In this document: piece by piece, positions 41,246 to 51,516 of the stretch
Numbering within the stretch: the first letter of the stretch is position 1
Layout of the letters: the number at the start of each line of letters is the position of its first letter
Origin: Planctomycetota bacterium
GTDB lineage: Bacteria > Planctomycetota > PLA2 > JAEUHO01
Assembly (NCBI GenBank): GCA_050248855.1
Contig: JBFWRP010000005.1
Location: 139,379 to 203,378 of the forward strand
Direction: 5' to 3'
DNA: 64,000 bases
The notes under the pieces: generated by a model
Database searches by the model: none
Told to the model about the DNA's origin: nothing
The model's input: only the letters and a program-made list of their open reading frames with translations
Made by a program: the position numbers and the translations under genes

Positions 41246-44200
41246 ATGGCCATGAAGCGCGCAGCGACGGGGTACCGACGGATCGGAGTCGTCTGGGTGG
41301 CCCTGGCCCTGGTCCTCGCGGTGGGCCCGAGCCTGCCAGGGGCCTCGGGGGCGGAGCCGCCCCCGGAGACGCTCCTCCTCGGCGATCCCGACGTCTCCGC
41401 CGATGCCCTCGTCTTCGCCTATGCCGGCGACCTGTGGCTTGCGCCGCGCGAAGGGGGCACGGCCCGGCGCCTGACGAGCGCCCCCGGCCGCGAGCACAAC
41501 CCGAGGTTCAGCCCGGACGGACGGACCATCGCCTACACGGCCGAGCAGGACGGGCAGGCCGACGTGTACGTGCTGCCGATCGAGGGCGGGCGCCCGCGCC
41601 GCCTGACGTGGCACCCCGGCGGCGATCACGTCCTCGGGTGGACGCCCGACGGCGCCGAGGTGCTGTTCGCCAGCCGCCGGCACGGCTGGCCGCCGGACCC
41701 TGGTCTCTACGCCGTGCGCGCCGACGGGAGCCCGCTGCCCCGCCGCTTTCCCGTCCCCGGCGTCGGCCATGCCGATCTCGACCCCGACGGTCGCCGTCTG
41801 GCCTACACGGACCTGCGCGACGCGTTCCGCTCGTGGAAGCGCTACCGCGGAGGGCGCACGCCCGACGTGAAGGTGCTCGACCTCGCGACGAACGAGGTCG
41901 CGGCGGTTCCGCACGTCAACGCGTCCGACACGATGCCCGTGTGGTGCGCGGGCAACGTGTGGTTCCTGTCCGACCGCGACGGCCGCATGAACCTCTGGCG
42001 CCACGAGCCGGGCAGCGATCGCGTCACGCAGGTCACCCGCGCCACGCGCGACGACTTCGACCTGGCTTCGCTGGCCGCGGGCCCCGACGCGCTGGTGTTC
42101 GCGCAAGGGGGCGCGCTCCACCTCGTGGACCCGGCCACGCAGAAGGTGACCCGCGTGCGCGTCCACGTCCCCCACGACGACCTCGCCCGCCGCGCGCGCT
42201 GGCAGACCGTGTCCCAGCACACGCGCTCGGGTGACGTGGCCCCCAACGGGAAGCGCGCCGTGCTCGAGATGCGCGGCGAGATCGTGACGCTGCCCCGCGA
42301 GCACGGCGCGCCGCGCAACCTCACCCGCTCGACCGGCGCCCACGAGCGCGGGCCCGCGTGGAGCCCCGACGGCAAGCAGATCGCCTGGTTCTCCGACGCC
42401 TCGGGCGAGATGCGCCTCGTGCTGGCGCCCGCCGACGGGGATGGCGAGCGCACGGAGATCGAGCTCGAGGGCGCCGGGTTCTACGTGGACATCCGCTGGA
42501 GCCCGAAGGGCGACCGCATCCTCTACGGCGACAAGGGCAACGCGTTGTGGTTGCTCGATCTCTCCTCGCGCGAGATCCGGCTCGTCGCGCGCTCGCAGGG
42601 GTCGCTCGGCATGTGGCAGCCCACGGCGGCCTGGTCGCCGGACGGAGCGTGGATCGCCCACGAGGTCGCCGACCCGGCCACGGCCTTCACGGACGTGGCG
42701 CTCTACGAAGTCGCGACGGGCACCTCCACGATGCTGACGGACGGCTTCGCCGACGCGCACGAGCCGTGCTGGTCACCGGACGGAGCCTGGCTGTGGTTCC
42801 GTGCTTCCGTCGACGCAGGACCGCGGGCCTTCGGCCTCGACATGAGCGCGTCCACGGTGCGCGAGCACGAGGACAGCCTCTACGTGGCCGTGCTCGCCAA
42901 GGACGGCAAGCATCCCTTCGGACCGCGCAGCGACGAGGGCGGCCCGGCGAAGGCACGCGGGAAGGGCAACGACAAGGACAAGAGCGACGACCAGGACGAC
43001 GACGGCAACGACAAGGACGACGACGACAAGGACGACGACAAGGGCGACGACGACAAGGGCAACGCCCGCAAGGACAAGGCCACGCGCGTCGACCTGGAGG
43101 ACATCGGCCAGCGCATCGTGGCCGCCCCGCACGGGGGCGGCACCTACCGCAACCTCGTCGCGGTCGCCGACGGCTTGCTGTTCCTGTCGCGCATCGAGCG
43201 GGGGCGTACCGACCTGATGAAGCTCGACCTCGACGAGCGCAAGGCGAAGACCCTGGAGGAGAAGGTCGACGGCTTCGTCGCGAGCCCCGACCGCAAGACC
43301 CTCCTGCTGCGGCAGGGATCGCGCTGGAGCCTCTCAGGGCCTGACGCCAAGAAGCAGGACCGGCTCGATCTCGACGGCGTACGCGTGGAGGTGGACCCGG
43401 CCCTCGAGTGGCCGCAGACGCTGCGCGAGGTCTGGCGCCTGCAGCGCGACTTCTTCTACGACCCGGCGCTGCACGGCGTGGACTGGGACGCGGCGTGGAC
43501 CCGCTGGAGCTCGCTGCTCCCCCACGTGCGCACGCGCGATGATCTCAACGACCTGATCGCCGACATGATCGGCGAGCTGTGCTGCGGCCACGAGTACGTC
43601 GGCGGGGGCGAGACGGAGAAGGCGCCCGACGGGCCGGCGATCGGCCTGCTCGGCTGCGACCTCGAGGCCATCGGACCCCGCTACCGCATCACGCGGATCC
43701 TCGAGGGGCAGAACTGGAACCCCGACCTGCGCGCCCCGCTGACGGAGCCGGGCGTCGACGTGCGGGAGGGCGACATCCTGCTGCGCGTCGACGGACGCGA
43801 CGTCACCACGACCGAGAGCCTCTACGAGGCCTTCGCCGAGACGGCCAACCGCCCGGTGCAGATCGAGGTCGCCGGCACGGACGCACCCGACGAGGTGCGC
43901 ACGTCGCTGGTCGTGCCCATCGCCGACGAGACGGCCCTTCGCCAGCGCTCCTGGGTCGAGGCCAACCGCGCCTACGTGGAGAAGGCGTCCGGCGGGCGCC
44001 TGGCCTACGTGTACATGCCCAACACCGGCGGCGCCGGCTTGGCCGCCTTCGACCGCGACTGGTACAGCCAGCTCGACAAGCAGGGCCTCGTGATCGACCT
44101 CCGCTACAACGGCGGCGGCAAGGTCGCCGACTACGTGATCGACGTCCTCTCGCGCAAGGTCATGTCGTGGTGGATGAACCGCGAGGCCTGGCCCAGTCGC

Positions 44201-44599
44201 TCCCCGTTCGGCACGATGGTCGGCCCCAAGGTGATGTTGATCAACGCGTACGCCGGATCGGGCGGCGACTGGCTGCCGTGGACGTTCCAGCGCCGCGGGC
44301 TCGGACCGTTGGTGGGCACGCGCACGTGGGGTGGCCTCGTGGGCATCTCGGGCTACCCGCCGCTCATGGACGGCGGCGGCGTCACCGCCGCGAGCTTCGG
44401 CGTGATGGACGAGAACGGCCAGTGGGCCGTCGAGAACGTGGGCGTAGCCCCCGACGTCGAGGTCGCCCCCACGCCGAAGGACGTCGTGGCGGGACGCGAC
44501 CCGCAGCTGGAGAAGGCCGTGGCCCTGGCCCTCGAGGCCCTCGAGCGCGACGGCCCGCCACCGCCCCCACCGGCCTACACGCCGCCTACGGCCCGATAG
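41246..44599 (+). CDS. Tricorn protease homolog (peptidase S41)
   Basis: PD40-like SPDG repeats, WKRYRGG, PDZ, IDLRYNGGG, AGSGGD, GTRTWGGLVG. Confidence 0.93.
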   Translation: MAMKRAATGYRRIGVVWVALALVLAVGPSLPGASGAEPPPETLLLGDPDVSADALVFAYAGDLWLAPREGGTARRLTSAPGREHNPRFSPDGRTIAYTAEQDGQADVYVLPIEGGRPRRLTWHPGGDHVLGWTPDGAEVLFASRRHGWPPDPGLYAVRADGSPLPRRFPVPGVGHADLDPDGRRLAYTDLRDAFRSWKRYRGGRTPDVKVLDLATNEVAAVPHVNASDTMPVWCAGNVWFLSDRDGRMNLWRHEPGSDRVTQVTRATRDDFDLASLAAGPDALVFAQGGALHLVDPATQKVTRVRVHVPHDDLARRARWQTVSQHTRSGDVAPNGKRAVLEMRGEIVTLPREHGAPRNLTRSTGAHERGPAWSPDGKQIAWFSDASGEMRLVLAPADGDGERTEIELEGAGFYVDIRWSPKGDRILYGDKGNALWLLDLSSREIRLVARSQGSLGMWQPTAAWSPDGAWIAHEVADPATAFTDVALYEVATGTSTMLTDGFADAHEPCWSPDGAWLWFRASVDAGPRAFGLDMSASTVREHEDSLYVAVLAKDGKHPFGPRSDEGGPAKARGKGNDKDKSDDQDDDGNDKDDDDKDDDKGDDDKGNARKDKATRVDLEDIGQRIVAAPHGGGTYRNLVAVADGLLFLSRIERGRTDLMKLDLDERKAKTLEEKVDGFVASPDRKTLLLRQGSRWSLSGPDAKKQDRLDLDGVRVEVDPALEWPQTLREVWRLQRDFFYDPALHGVDWDAAWTRWSSLLPHVRTRDDLNDLIADMIGELCCGHEYVGGGETEKAPDGPAIGLLGCDLEAIGPRYRITRILEGQNWNPDLRAPLTEPGVDVREGDILLRVDGRDVTTTESLYEAFAETANRPVQIEVAGTDAPDEVRTSLVVPIADETALRQRSWVEANRAYVEKASGGRLAYVYMPNTGGAGLAAFDRDWYSQLDKQGLVIDLRYNGGGKVADYVIDVLSRKVMSWWMNREAWPSRSPFGTMVGPKVMLINAYAGSGGDWLPWTFQRRGLGPLVGTRTWGGLVGISGYPPLMDGGGVTAASFGVMDENGQWAVENVGVAPDVEVAPTPKDVVAGRDPQLEKAVALALEALERDGPPPPPPAYTPPTAR

Positions 44600-44607
44600 A
44601 GGGTCGG

Positions 44608-45054
44608 CTACGACAGCGCGTCGCCGGCCTCGGACTCCGCGGGCAGCAGCGCGTCGAGCTCTTCGATGGCCTCGGGGCCGATGTGTACGGGGCCGACGAG
44701 CGAGGCCCCCTTGTCGACGCGCAGGTAGCTGGCGCGTACGGGACCGGTGACGCGAGCGTGCTTCTTCAAGTGCAGCGTGCCGAGCACGACGGCCTCGCCC
44801 TGCAGCACGCCGTCGATGTCGAGGTCGTCCGCGCGGATGGCGGCGTAGACGATCCCCTTCTTGGTGATCGAGATGCGGTTGGCGACCGGGTAGCGACGTA
44901 CGGCCACGTAGCCCTTGACCACCACCGCTTCGGTGACGACGCGCTGGTTGCAAGAGGGGCAGCTGACGGACTTGGCCTCCGCCGCCACGCTCATCGGCGC
45001 GTTGCAGGACGTGCAGAGGATCCGTCGCTCACGGGATTCCGTGGGTCCGGGCAT
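44608..45054 (-). CDS. Bactofilin with N-terminal zinc ribbon
   Basis: CTSC...CPSC, then beta-helix repeats (IDGVLQG, ARVTGPVRA, KGASLVG). Confidence 0.78.
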   Translation of the reverse strand: MPGPTESRERRILCTSCNAPMSVAAEAKSVSCPSCNQRVVTEAVVVKGYVAVRRYPVANRISITKKGIVYAAIRADDLDIDGVLQGEAVVLGTLHLKKHARVTGPVRASYLRVDKGASLVGPVHIGPEAIEELDALLPAESEAGDALS

Positions 45055-45129
45055 CGTGCGAGCAGGTCGCCGTGACGTCGGTGCGCCCCCGCCCTGCGGC
45101 GGAGGCGCACCCACGCAGCCGGCGAGCGG

Positions 45130-45537
45130 CTACTTGCGACCCTGGGCGGCCGCCTGCACCTGGCGCATGGCGGCGTCGAGACCGGTCTTGGGTGCGCCGG
45201 GCGCTCCCGTGCCGACCTCGCAGCGGCCGATGAACGTGGCGCCCTCCTTCACGACGAGCTTCTCGGCGCGGAGGTCGCCGGTAAGGCGCGCGGTCGGGTT
45301 GAGCTCGACGCGGTCGGCCGCCTCGATGTTGCCCTCGACATTGCCGTCGAGGATCACGCTGCCTGCCTTCACCTCGGCCTTGAGCCGGCCCCCGTTGTTC
45401 ACGTGCACGTTGCCACCCGTCTGGATGGCGCCCTCGAACGCGCCGTCGATGCGCACGCTGCCCTGGAAGGTCAGCTCGCCCTTGAACGAGGCGTCGGCAC
45501 CGATGACGGTGGGGCTGTTCTGCTTCGATTCGGACAT
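45130..45537 (-). CDS. Bactofilin (polymer-forming cytoskeletal protein)
   Basis: TVIGADASFKGEL..VRIDGAFEG..GNVEGNI..GATFIGRC. Confidence 0.92.
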   Translation of the reverse strand: MSESKQNSPTVIGADASFKGELTFQGSVRIDGAFEGAIQTGGNVHVNNGGRLKAEVKAGSVILDGNVEGNIEAADRVELNPTARLTGDLRAEKLVVKEGATFIGRCEVGTGAPGAPKTGLDAAMRQVQAAAQGRK

Positions 45538-45694
45538 GGGAGTCTCCTGGCCCTCGACGGACGCCGTGACGGCGACCTTGGACTGCGGCGCACGCTAGCA
45601 ATGGGCACCCCCATGGCCGGGAGGGCCCCGCACACGGCCCAAAGCCCGGTTCGACGGCCGCGCAGGCTCGCGTGCCCGCAGGAAACGCACGATT

Positions 45695-47497
45695 TCAGCG
45701 GGCGCGGTCCAGCGCGGCTCGCTCGCCGGTCTGGACGCGCCAGAGCGCGGCGTACACGCCGTCGTGCTCCAGGAGCTCCTCGTGCGTGCCGGCCTCCACG
45801 GCCCTGCCTTCGAGCAGGGCGTGGATGCGATGCGCGTTGCGCACGGTGCTCAAGCGGTGGGCGATGACGATCGTGGTGCGCCCCACGCTGATGCGGTCGA
45901 GCGAGCGCTGGATGGCGGCCTCGGTCTCGTTGTCGACCGACGACGTGGCTTCGTCGAGCACGAGGATCGGCGGGTCCTTCAGCACGGCCCGGGCGAGCGA
46001 GATGCGCTGACGCTGACCGCCGGACAGCTTCTGGCCCCGCTCGCCGACGATCGTGTCGTAGCCCTGGGGCAAGGACGCGATGAAGGCGTGCGCCTCCGCG
46101 GCACGGGCTGCGGCCTCGATCTCGGCAGGCGATGCCTCGGGACGGCCGTAGGCGATGTTCTCGCGCACGCTGCCGTGGAAGAGGTAGACGTCCTGGCTGA
46201 CCAGCCCGATCGCCCGGCGCAAGTCGCCGAGGTCGAGCTCGCGGACGTCGTGCCCATCGAGCGTGACGCGCCCCGAGCTCACGTCGTAGAAGCGCAGGAG
46301 CAGCTTGACGAGCGTGGTCTTGCCGGAGCCGGTAGGCCCGACGACGGCCGTCGTCTTGCCCGGTTCGAACACGAGGTCGAGGTCCCGCAACACGGCCTCG
46401 CGGCCCTCGCCGTAGGCGAAGCTCACGTCCTCGAGCGCCACGCGACCGGCGACCTCTTCCGTGGGCAGCCGACGCCCACCCCCCACGATGCGCGCAGGGC
46501 GGTCGATGAGCGCGAACACGCGGTTGGCCGACGCCATCGCCCGTTGGTAGAGGTCGAACGTCTCCCCGAGCCGCGTCAGCGGCCACAGCAAGCGCTGGGT
46601 GAGGAAGGCCATGAGGCTGAACGTGGCCACGGAGAGCCGGCCCTCGAAGGCCATCCAGCCGCCCCAGACGAGCGTGGCCGTGAAGCCGACCAGGATCACC
46701 ATGCGGATCAGCGGCGTGAACGCGGCCGACAGGCGGATCGCGCGGCGGTTCACCTCGCGGTAGCGATCGCTTTCCCGGACCAGCCGCTCGACCTCGTGGC
46801 CCTCGCGCACGTAGCTCTTGATCGTGGCCATGCCGCCCAGGTTGTTGGCGAGCAGGTGGTTGACGTGGCCGACTTGGCGGCGGACCTCCTCGTAGCGCGG
46901 CGCGATGCGCTTCTGGAAGCGGAACGAGCCCCAGAGCACGAGCGGGACGGGCAGCATGGCGATCCAGGCCACTTGCGGTGACAAGGCGAAGAACACCGCC
47001 GTGATCACGATCGTCGTGGTCAGCGTCTGGAGGACGGCGTCGGCGCCGCCGTCCAGGAACCTCTCGAGCTGGTTCACGTCGTCGTTGAGCACGGCCATGA
47101 GCCCGCCGGTGCTCTCGTCCTCGAACCACGCCATCTCGAGGTCTTGGACGTGCGCGTACGCATCGCGGCGCAGGCCGTGCTGCACGGTCTGGGCCAGGTT
47201 TCGCCAGCCCACGTCGCCGATGTACTGGAACCACGACTCGAGCACCCACGTGATGACCGTGACGGCCGTGAGCACGAAGAACTGCTGCCGGGCGTCCTCG
47301 ATGCCGAGCCACGCCCCCACGACGTTGGTCTCGGGCCGCGTGACGATGTCCACGGCCAGGCCGATCAGGAACGGCGGCGCGAGGTCGAAGATCTTCTTGA
47401 GGATCGACCAGGAGATCGCGCGGCGCACGGCCCCGCGGTGGCCCTCCGTGTAGCGCCAGAGCCGCGCGAGCGGACCGGACGGGGCCTTCGCTGCCAT
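45695..47497 (-). CDS. ABC exporter, fused permease and ATPase
   Basis: TMD plus [32 protein letters not shown]. Confidence 0.92.
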   Translation of the reverse strand: MAAKAPSGPLARLWRYTEGHRGAVRRAISWSILKKIFDLAPPFLIGLAVDIVTRPETNVVGAWLGIEDARQQFFVLTAVTVITWVLESWFQYIGDVGWRNLAQTVQHGLRRDAYAHVQDLEMAWFEDESTGGLMAVLNDDVNQLERFLDGGADAVLQTLTTTIVITAVFFALSPQVAWIAMLPVPLVLWGSFRFQKRIAPRYEEVRRQVGHVNHLLANNLGGMATIKSYVREGHEVERLVRESDRYREVNRRAIRLSAAFTPLIRMVILVGFTATLVWGGWMAFEGRLSVATFSLMAFLTQRLLWPLTRLGETFDLYQRAMASANRVFALIDRPARIVGGGRRLPTEEVAGRVALEDVSFAYGEGREAVLRDLDLVFEPGKTTAVVGPTGSGKTTLVKLLLRFYDVSSGRVTLDGHDVRELDLGDLRRAIGLVSQDVYLFHGSVRENIAYGRPEASPAEIEAAARAAEAHAFIASLPQGYDTIVGERGQKLSGGQRQRISLARAVLKDPPILVLDEATSSVDNETEAAIQRSLDRISVGRTTIVIAHRLSTVRNAHRIHALLEGRAVEAGTHEELLEHDGVYAALWRVQTGERAALDRAR

Positions 47498-47505
47498 GGC
47501 GCTCC

Positions 47506-47856
47506 TCACCGCACGAACCAGACCCGGCGGATCTCGGCGCCCTCGCCCTCGTAGATGGCCAGGGCGCGGACGACGCCGCCCTCGGGATCGAGGCCGTGGA
47601 CCTCTTCCTCGTCGGTCACGAAGCGTCCGTGCACCGCGCGGTGCACGATATCCGCGTGCAAGTCGGGGCGCGCCGCGAACATCGGCCCGTAGCGCTCGAC
47701 GAGCTGGGCCCTGCCGCGGACGAACGGCTCGGCCTCCCCCAGGCGGTAGAGCTCGACGTCGGCGGCGAACCACGCCGCGAAGGCCACGACGTCGCGTGCG
47801 TTGTAGGCGCGCAGCTGCCCCTCGACGGCCTCGAGCGGCCCGACCGGTTCGCTCAT
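47506..47856 (-). CDS. SnoaL/NTF2-like protein
   Basis: [28 protein letters not shown]. Confidence 0.85.
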   Translation of the reverse strand: MSEPVGPLEAVEGQLRAYNARDVVAFAAWFAADVELYRLGEAEPFVRGRAQLVERYGPMFAARPDLHADIVHRAVHGRFVTDEEEVHGLDPEGGVVRALAIYEGEGAEIRRVWFVR

Positions 47857-48779
47857 CGGCGGCTCTTGCGCCCGTTCGCCGGGACGAGGCCCGCGTGGAA
47901 CGCCCGGCCCGCGGGGCTCATCCGCTCGGCCTCGCGCGCCACGAGGTGGAACGTGCGGTCCAAGGACACGCCCTCCAGCTCGATGGCCACGAGGGTCTTG
48001 GCGGCCAAGTCGTCCTCGACGGCCAGGTCGGAGATGATCGCGGCGCCCAGGCCCGCACGCACGGCCGCCTTGACGGCCTCCGTGCTGCCGACGCGACAGG
48101 CCGTCGGCGTGTCGGCCGGGAGACCGGCCTTCGCCAAGGCGGCGTCGATGGCCGCCTGGGTACCGCTGCCCGACTCCCGGCGCACCATGGGCACGTCCGC
48201 CAGCCTGGCGACGGGGAGGGAGCGTTCCTTCGCCAGCCTGTGCCCCGGCGCCACGACGAGGTGCAACGTGTCACCGCCGAAGGGCGAGACCGAGAGCCCG
48301 CTCGCGTCGTCGGGCGGTGCACCGACGATGCCGACGTCGACGTCGCCGCCGCGGATACGCGCCACGATGTCGGCGCTGTCGCCGGTGTGCACCGTGATCT
48401 CCACGTCGGGATGCTCGGCGTGGAACGCGGCCAGGTGCTTGGGCAGGACGTAGACGGCGGGAATCGTGCTGCCGCCCACGTGCAGGTGGCCGCGCAAGAG
48501 CCCCACGATCTGTTCGGCCGCATGGCGGGCGTTGCGCTCGGCACGTAGCGCCTCGCGGGCGGGCACGAGGAGGATGTCGCCCGCCTCGGTCGGCATCGTG
48601 CCGGCACGGTCCCGCTCGACCAGCCGCACCCCCAGCCGCCGCTCGAGGTCGGCCATGTGGCCGCTCACCGTGGACTGGCTGAGTCCCAAGTGCCGGGCGG
48701 CGCGGGTGAAGGAGCCCTGCTCGACGAGGGCCACGAAGACCTCGAGCTGGCGGATCGAGAGGGGGTCGGTCGCAGCCAT
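47853..48779 (-). CDS. LysR-family regulator (CysL-like)
   Basis: [44 protein letters not shown]. Confidence 0.92.
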   Translation of the reverse strand: MAATDPLSIRQLEVFVALVEQGSFTRAARHLGLSQSTVSGHMADLERRLGVRLVERDRAGTMPTEAGDILLVPAREALRAERNARHAAEQIVGLLRGHLHVGGSTIPAVYVLPKHLAAFHAEHPDVEITVHTGDSADIVARIRGGDVDVGIVGAPPDDASGLSVSPFGGDTLHLVVAPGHRLAKERSLPVARLADVPMVRRESGSGTQAAIDAALAKAGLPADTPTACRVGSTEAVKAAVRAGLGAAIISDLAVEDDLAAKTLVAIELEGVSLDRTFHLVAREAERMSPAGRAFHAGLVPANGRKSRR

Positions 48780-48863
48780 GGGACCTCCGGTCTGGATGCT
48801 GGGCCCTGCGGGGGCTTCCCCCCCATCAGCCCCCGCGCTAGCATCCTCCCGCAACGGCGATAG

Positions 48864-48888
48864 ATTCAATCGTTTTTCCCGATTGAAT
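48864..48888. promoter_or_regulatory. Putative LysR operator
   Basis: Perfect inverted repeat ATTCAATCG-N7-CGATTGAAT containing T-N11-A; AT-rich island between divergent genes. Confidence 0.8.
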
Positions 48889-48912
48889 GACGCTTTTCAC
48901 CCGGAGGAACCG

Positions 48913-49836
48913 ATGCCCCGTCTCCACGCCCTGATTCTCGGCCTTGCCGCACTGGCCCTCGTGGTGCCCGGCTGTGGCCAGGACGACGCTACCACGCCGG
49001 GGGCCGGCGGCGGTGGCTCCCCCGCGGCCAAGCCCACGCTCGTTTTCAGCGCGATTCCCTCGACGACGGACCAGACCGCCTACGAGGCCAAGTTCGGCAA
49101 GGTCGCCGAGTGGCTCTCCGAGCGCCTGGGCGTGCCGGTCAAGTACCAGCACTCCGCCGACTACTCGCAGTCGGTCGAGGCGTTCGTCAGCGGCGACGTG
49201 CTCTTCGCTTGGTTCGGCGGCCTCACGGGGGCGCAGGCCCGTCATCGCGTGAGCGGCGCGCACGCCATCGCGCAAGGCAAGGAAGATCCTGAGTACTACT
49301 CGTACTTCATCGCGCACAAGGACACGGGCCTCGAGCGCAGCGACGACTTCCCCACGGGCATCGAGGGCAAGTCCTTCACGTTCGGTAGCCGCGACTCCAC
49401 GTCGGGGCGCCTGATGCCCGAGCATTTCATCCGTACGCTCGGCGGCAAGGCGCCCGAGGAGTACTTCGCCGAGGTGCGCTTCAGCGGTGGCCACAACACG
49501 ACGGCGCTGCAAGTGAACTCTGGCGCCGTGCAGGTTGGCGCGCTCAGCTACACGACGTACGACAAGATGGCGGCCAAGGGCGAGATCGACCCCGACGTGG
49601 CGCGCATCATCTGGAAGACGCCCTACTACGCCGACTACAACATCACGGCGCATCCGGACCTGGAGAAGGTGTACGGCGCCGGCTTCACGAAAAAGCTGCA
49701 GAAGGCGCTCGTCGACATGCCCTCGGAGCTGGTGACGCCGGCCTTCGAGCGCGAGACCCTGATCGAGGCCAAGGACGAGGACTTCGCGGCCATCGTCGAG
49801 CTGGCCGCGCAGCTGGGCTTCCTGGACTCCAAATAG
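48913..49836 (+). CDS. PhnD-like ABC substrate-binding lipoprotein, putative selenate-binding subfamily
   Basis: GGAGG RBS, lipobox-like VPGC; FSAIP, AWFGGLTGAQAR, AIAQG.ED, SYFIA, FTFGS..STSGRLMPE. Confidence 0.8.
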   Translation: MPRLHALILGLAALALVVPGCGQDDATTPGAGGGGSPAAKPTLVFSAIPSTTDQTAYEAKFGKVAEWLSERLGVPVKYQHSADYSQSVEAFVSGDVLFAWFGGLTGAQARHRVSGAHAIAQGKEDPEYYSYFIAHKDTGLERSDDFPTGIEGKSFTFGSRDSTSGRLMPEHFIRTLGGKAPEEYFAEVRFSGGHNTTALQVNSGAVQVGALSYTTYDKMAAKGEIDPDVARIIWKTPYYADYNITAHPDLEKVYGAGFTKKLQKALVDMPSELVTPAFERETLIEAKDEDFAAIVELAAQLGFLDSK

Positions 49837-49868
49837 GTCGCGGTCAGGGCCCCGAGGAGCGCGGACGC

Positions 49869-50648
49869 GTGGCAGGACTGGACTTCCGCCTCCACGGGGC
49901 CTCCGTGCGGTTCGCGAGCCTGCCCGCGCTCTCGGACGTCGACCTCGCCATCTCGGCCGGGGAGCGTGTCGCGCTCCTCGGCCCCAGCGGATCGGGCAAG
50001 AGCACGCTGCTGCGGCTCCTGAACGGCACGCAGCGGCCCGTGGCGGGCCGTGTCGAGGTGGCAGGGCGCGATCTCGCCACGCTCGGACGCGGCCGGCTGC
50101 GCGCGCTGCGCGCGCGAATCGGTTTCGTGCACCAGCAGCTGGACCTCGTACCGAACCTGCGCGTGGCGCAGAACGTGCTGGCCGGCCGGCTGGGGAACAC
50201 GGGCTTCTTCGGCGCGCTGCGTCTCCTGCTGCACGCGCCACGCCGCGATCTCGAAGCCGCGTGGCGCGTGCTCGAGCGCGTCGGCATCGGCGAGAAGCTG
50301 TTCGAGCGCACGGACAAGCTGTCCGGCGGCCAGCAGCAGCGCGTCGCGCTGGCGCGGGCGCTCTTCCAACAGCCCGATGCCCTCCTGGCGGACGAGCCCG
50401 TCTCCAGCGTCGACCCGGCGCGGGCGCGCGACACGATCGAGCTGTTGACCTCGATCTCGCGCGAAGAGGGCCTCACGCTGGTCGCGAGCCTCCACGACGC
50501 CGAGCTTGCGCGCTCGAGCTTCGACCGTCTGGTCGCCTTGCGCAGCGGCCGCATCGTGTTCGATCGTCCCGCCGACGACGTCCTGGACGGCGACATGGAG
50601 ACGCTCTACCGCTTGTCGGCCGCGGAGATGCTGGCCGATGGCGCCTGA
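49869..50648 (+). CDS. PhnC-like ABC ATPase
   Basis: GPSGSGKS, NVLAGRLG, LSGGQQQRV, ADEPVSSVDP, SLH. Confidence 0.9.
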   Translation: MAGLDFRLHGASVRFASLPALSDVDLAISAGERVALLGPSGSGKSTLLRLLNGTQRPVAGRVEVAGRDLATLGRGRLRALRARIGFVHQQLDLVPNLRVAQNVLAGRLGNTGFFGALRLLLHAPRRDLEAAWRVLERVGIGEKLFERTDKLSGGQQQRVALARALFQQPDALLADEPVSSVDPARARDTIELLTSISREEGLTLVASLHDAELARSSFDRLVALRSGRIVFDRPADDVLDGDMETLYRLSAAEMLADGA

Positions 50649-51516
50649 GCGCCTGAGGCGGCCCTGGCCGGACGCGCGCGCGTGGGTCCTGCTCGGACTC
50701 GTGCTCGCCGCGGTCGCCTCGTGGTGGCAGCTCGGTCTCTCCCCGGGCGACGTCGTCCCCGACGGGCCCGGCTGGCAGCTGGCCGAGCGCTTCGTGGGGC
50801 GTGCCTTCTCGCCCGCCTTCGAGCACGAGGGTGAGCTCATCGAGGGCCGCCCGAGCGTCGTCGCCGAAGCCTTCGAAGCCCTCGGTCGCACCGTGCTCCT
50901 CGCGGCCCTCGCCATGGGCATCGCCATCGTCGGGGGCATCGTCCTGGGCTTCTTCGCCACCCAAGCGTGGTGGATCGAGGAGCCGCCGGGCGGTCGCACG
51001 CGCGTCGGGCGCTTCCTGCGCGCCACGGTGCTGCCCGTCACGTGGTTCGTGGCGCGCACCGTGGCCACGCTGTTGCGCTCGATCCACGAGCTGCTCTGGG
51101 CCGTGCTGTTCCTCGTATCGATCGGCCTGACCGAGCTGTCGGGCGTGCTCGCCCTGGCGCTGCCCTACATGGGGATCCTCGCCAAGATCTTCGCGGAGAT
51201 GGTGGACGAAGCGCCTCGCGCCCCGGCCCGCGCGCTGCAGGCGAGCGGTGCCAGCGGGCTTGCCACCTTCGCCGTGGCCCTCGTGCCGCAAGCCCTGCCC
51301 GACATGCTGGCCTATACCTTCTACCGCTTCGAGTGCGCGCTGCGCTCGTCGGCGGTGCTCGGCTTCTTCGGCATCAAGACCATCGGCTACTTGGTCAAGC
51401 AGTCGTTCCAGAGCCACTACTACGGTGAGGTCTGGACCTACCTCTACGTGCTCATGGCGACGATCCTCGTGTTCGACGCCTGGAGCGGCGCCGTCCGGCG
51501 GAGGCTCGTCGCATGA
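50638..51516 (+). CDS. PhnE-like ABC permease
   Basis: RSIHELLWA, YRFECALRSSAVLG. Confidence 0.88.
   Translation: MAPERLRRPWPDARAWVLLGLVLAAVASWWQLGLSPGDVVPDGPGWQLAERFVGRAFSPAFEHEGELIEGRPSVVAEAFEALGRTVLLAALAMGIAIVGGIVLGFFATQAWWIEEPPGGRTRVGRFLRATVLPVTWFVARTVATLLRSIHELLWAVLFLVSIGLTELSGVLALALPYMGILAKIFAEMVDEAPRAPARALQASGASGLATFAVALVPQALPDMLAYTFYRFECALRSSAVLGFFGIKTIGYLVKQSFQSHYYGEVWTYLYVLMATILVFDAWSGAVRRRLVA

Noticed and set aside
42960..43080. GACGAC/GACAAG repeat tract
   Set aside because: Encodes the Asp/Lys low-complexity linker commonly found at this position in tricorn homologs.
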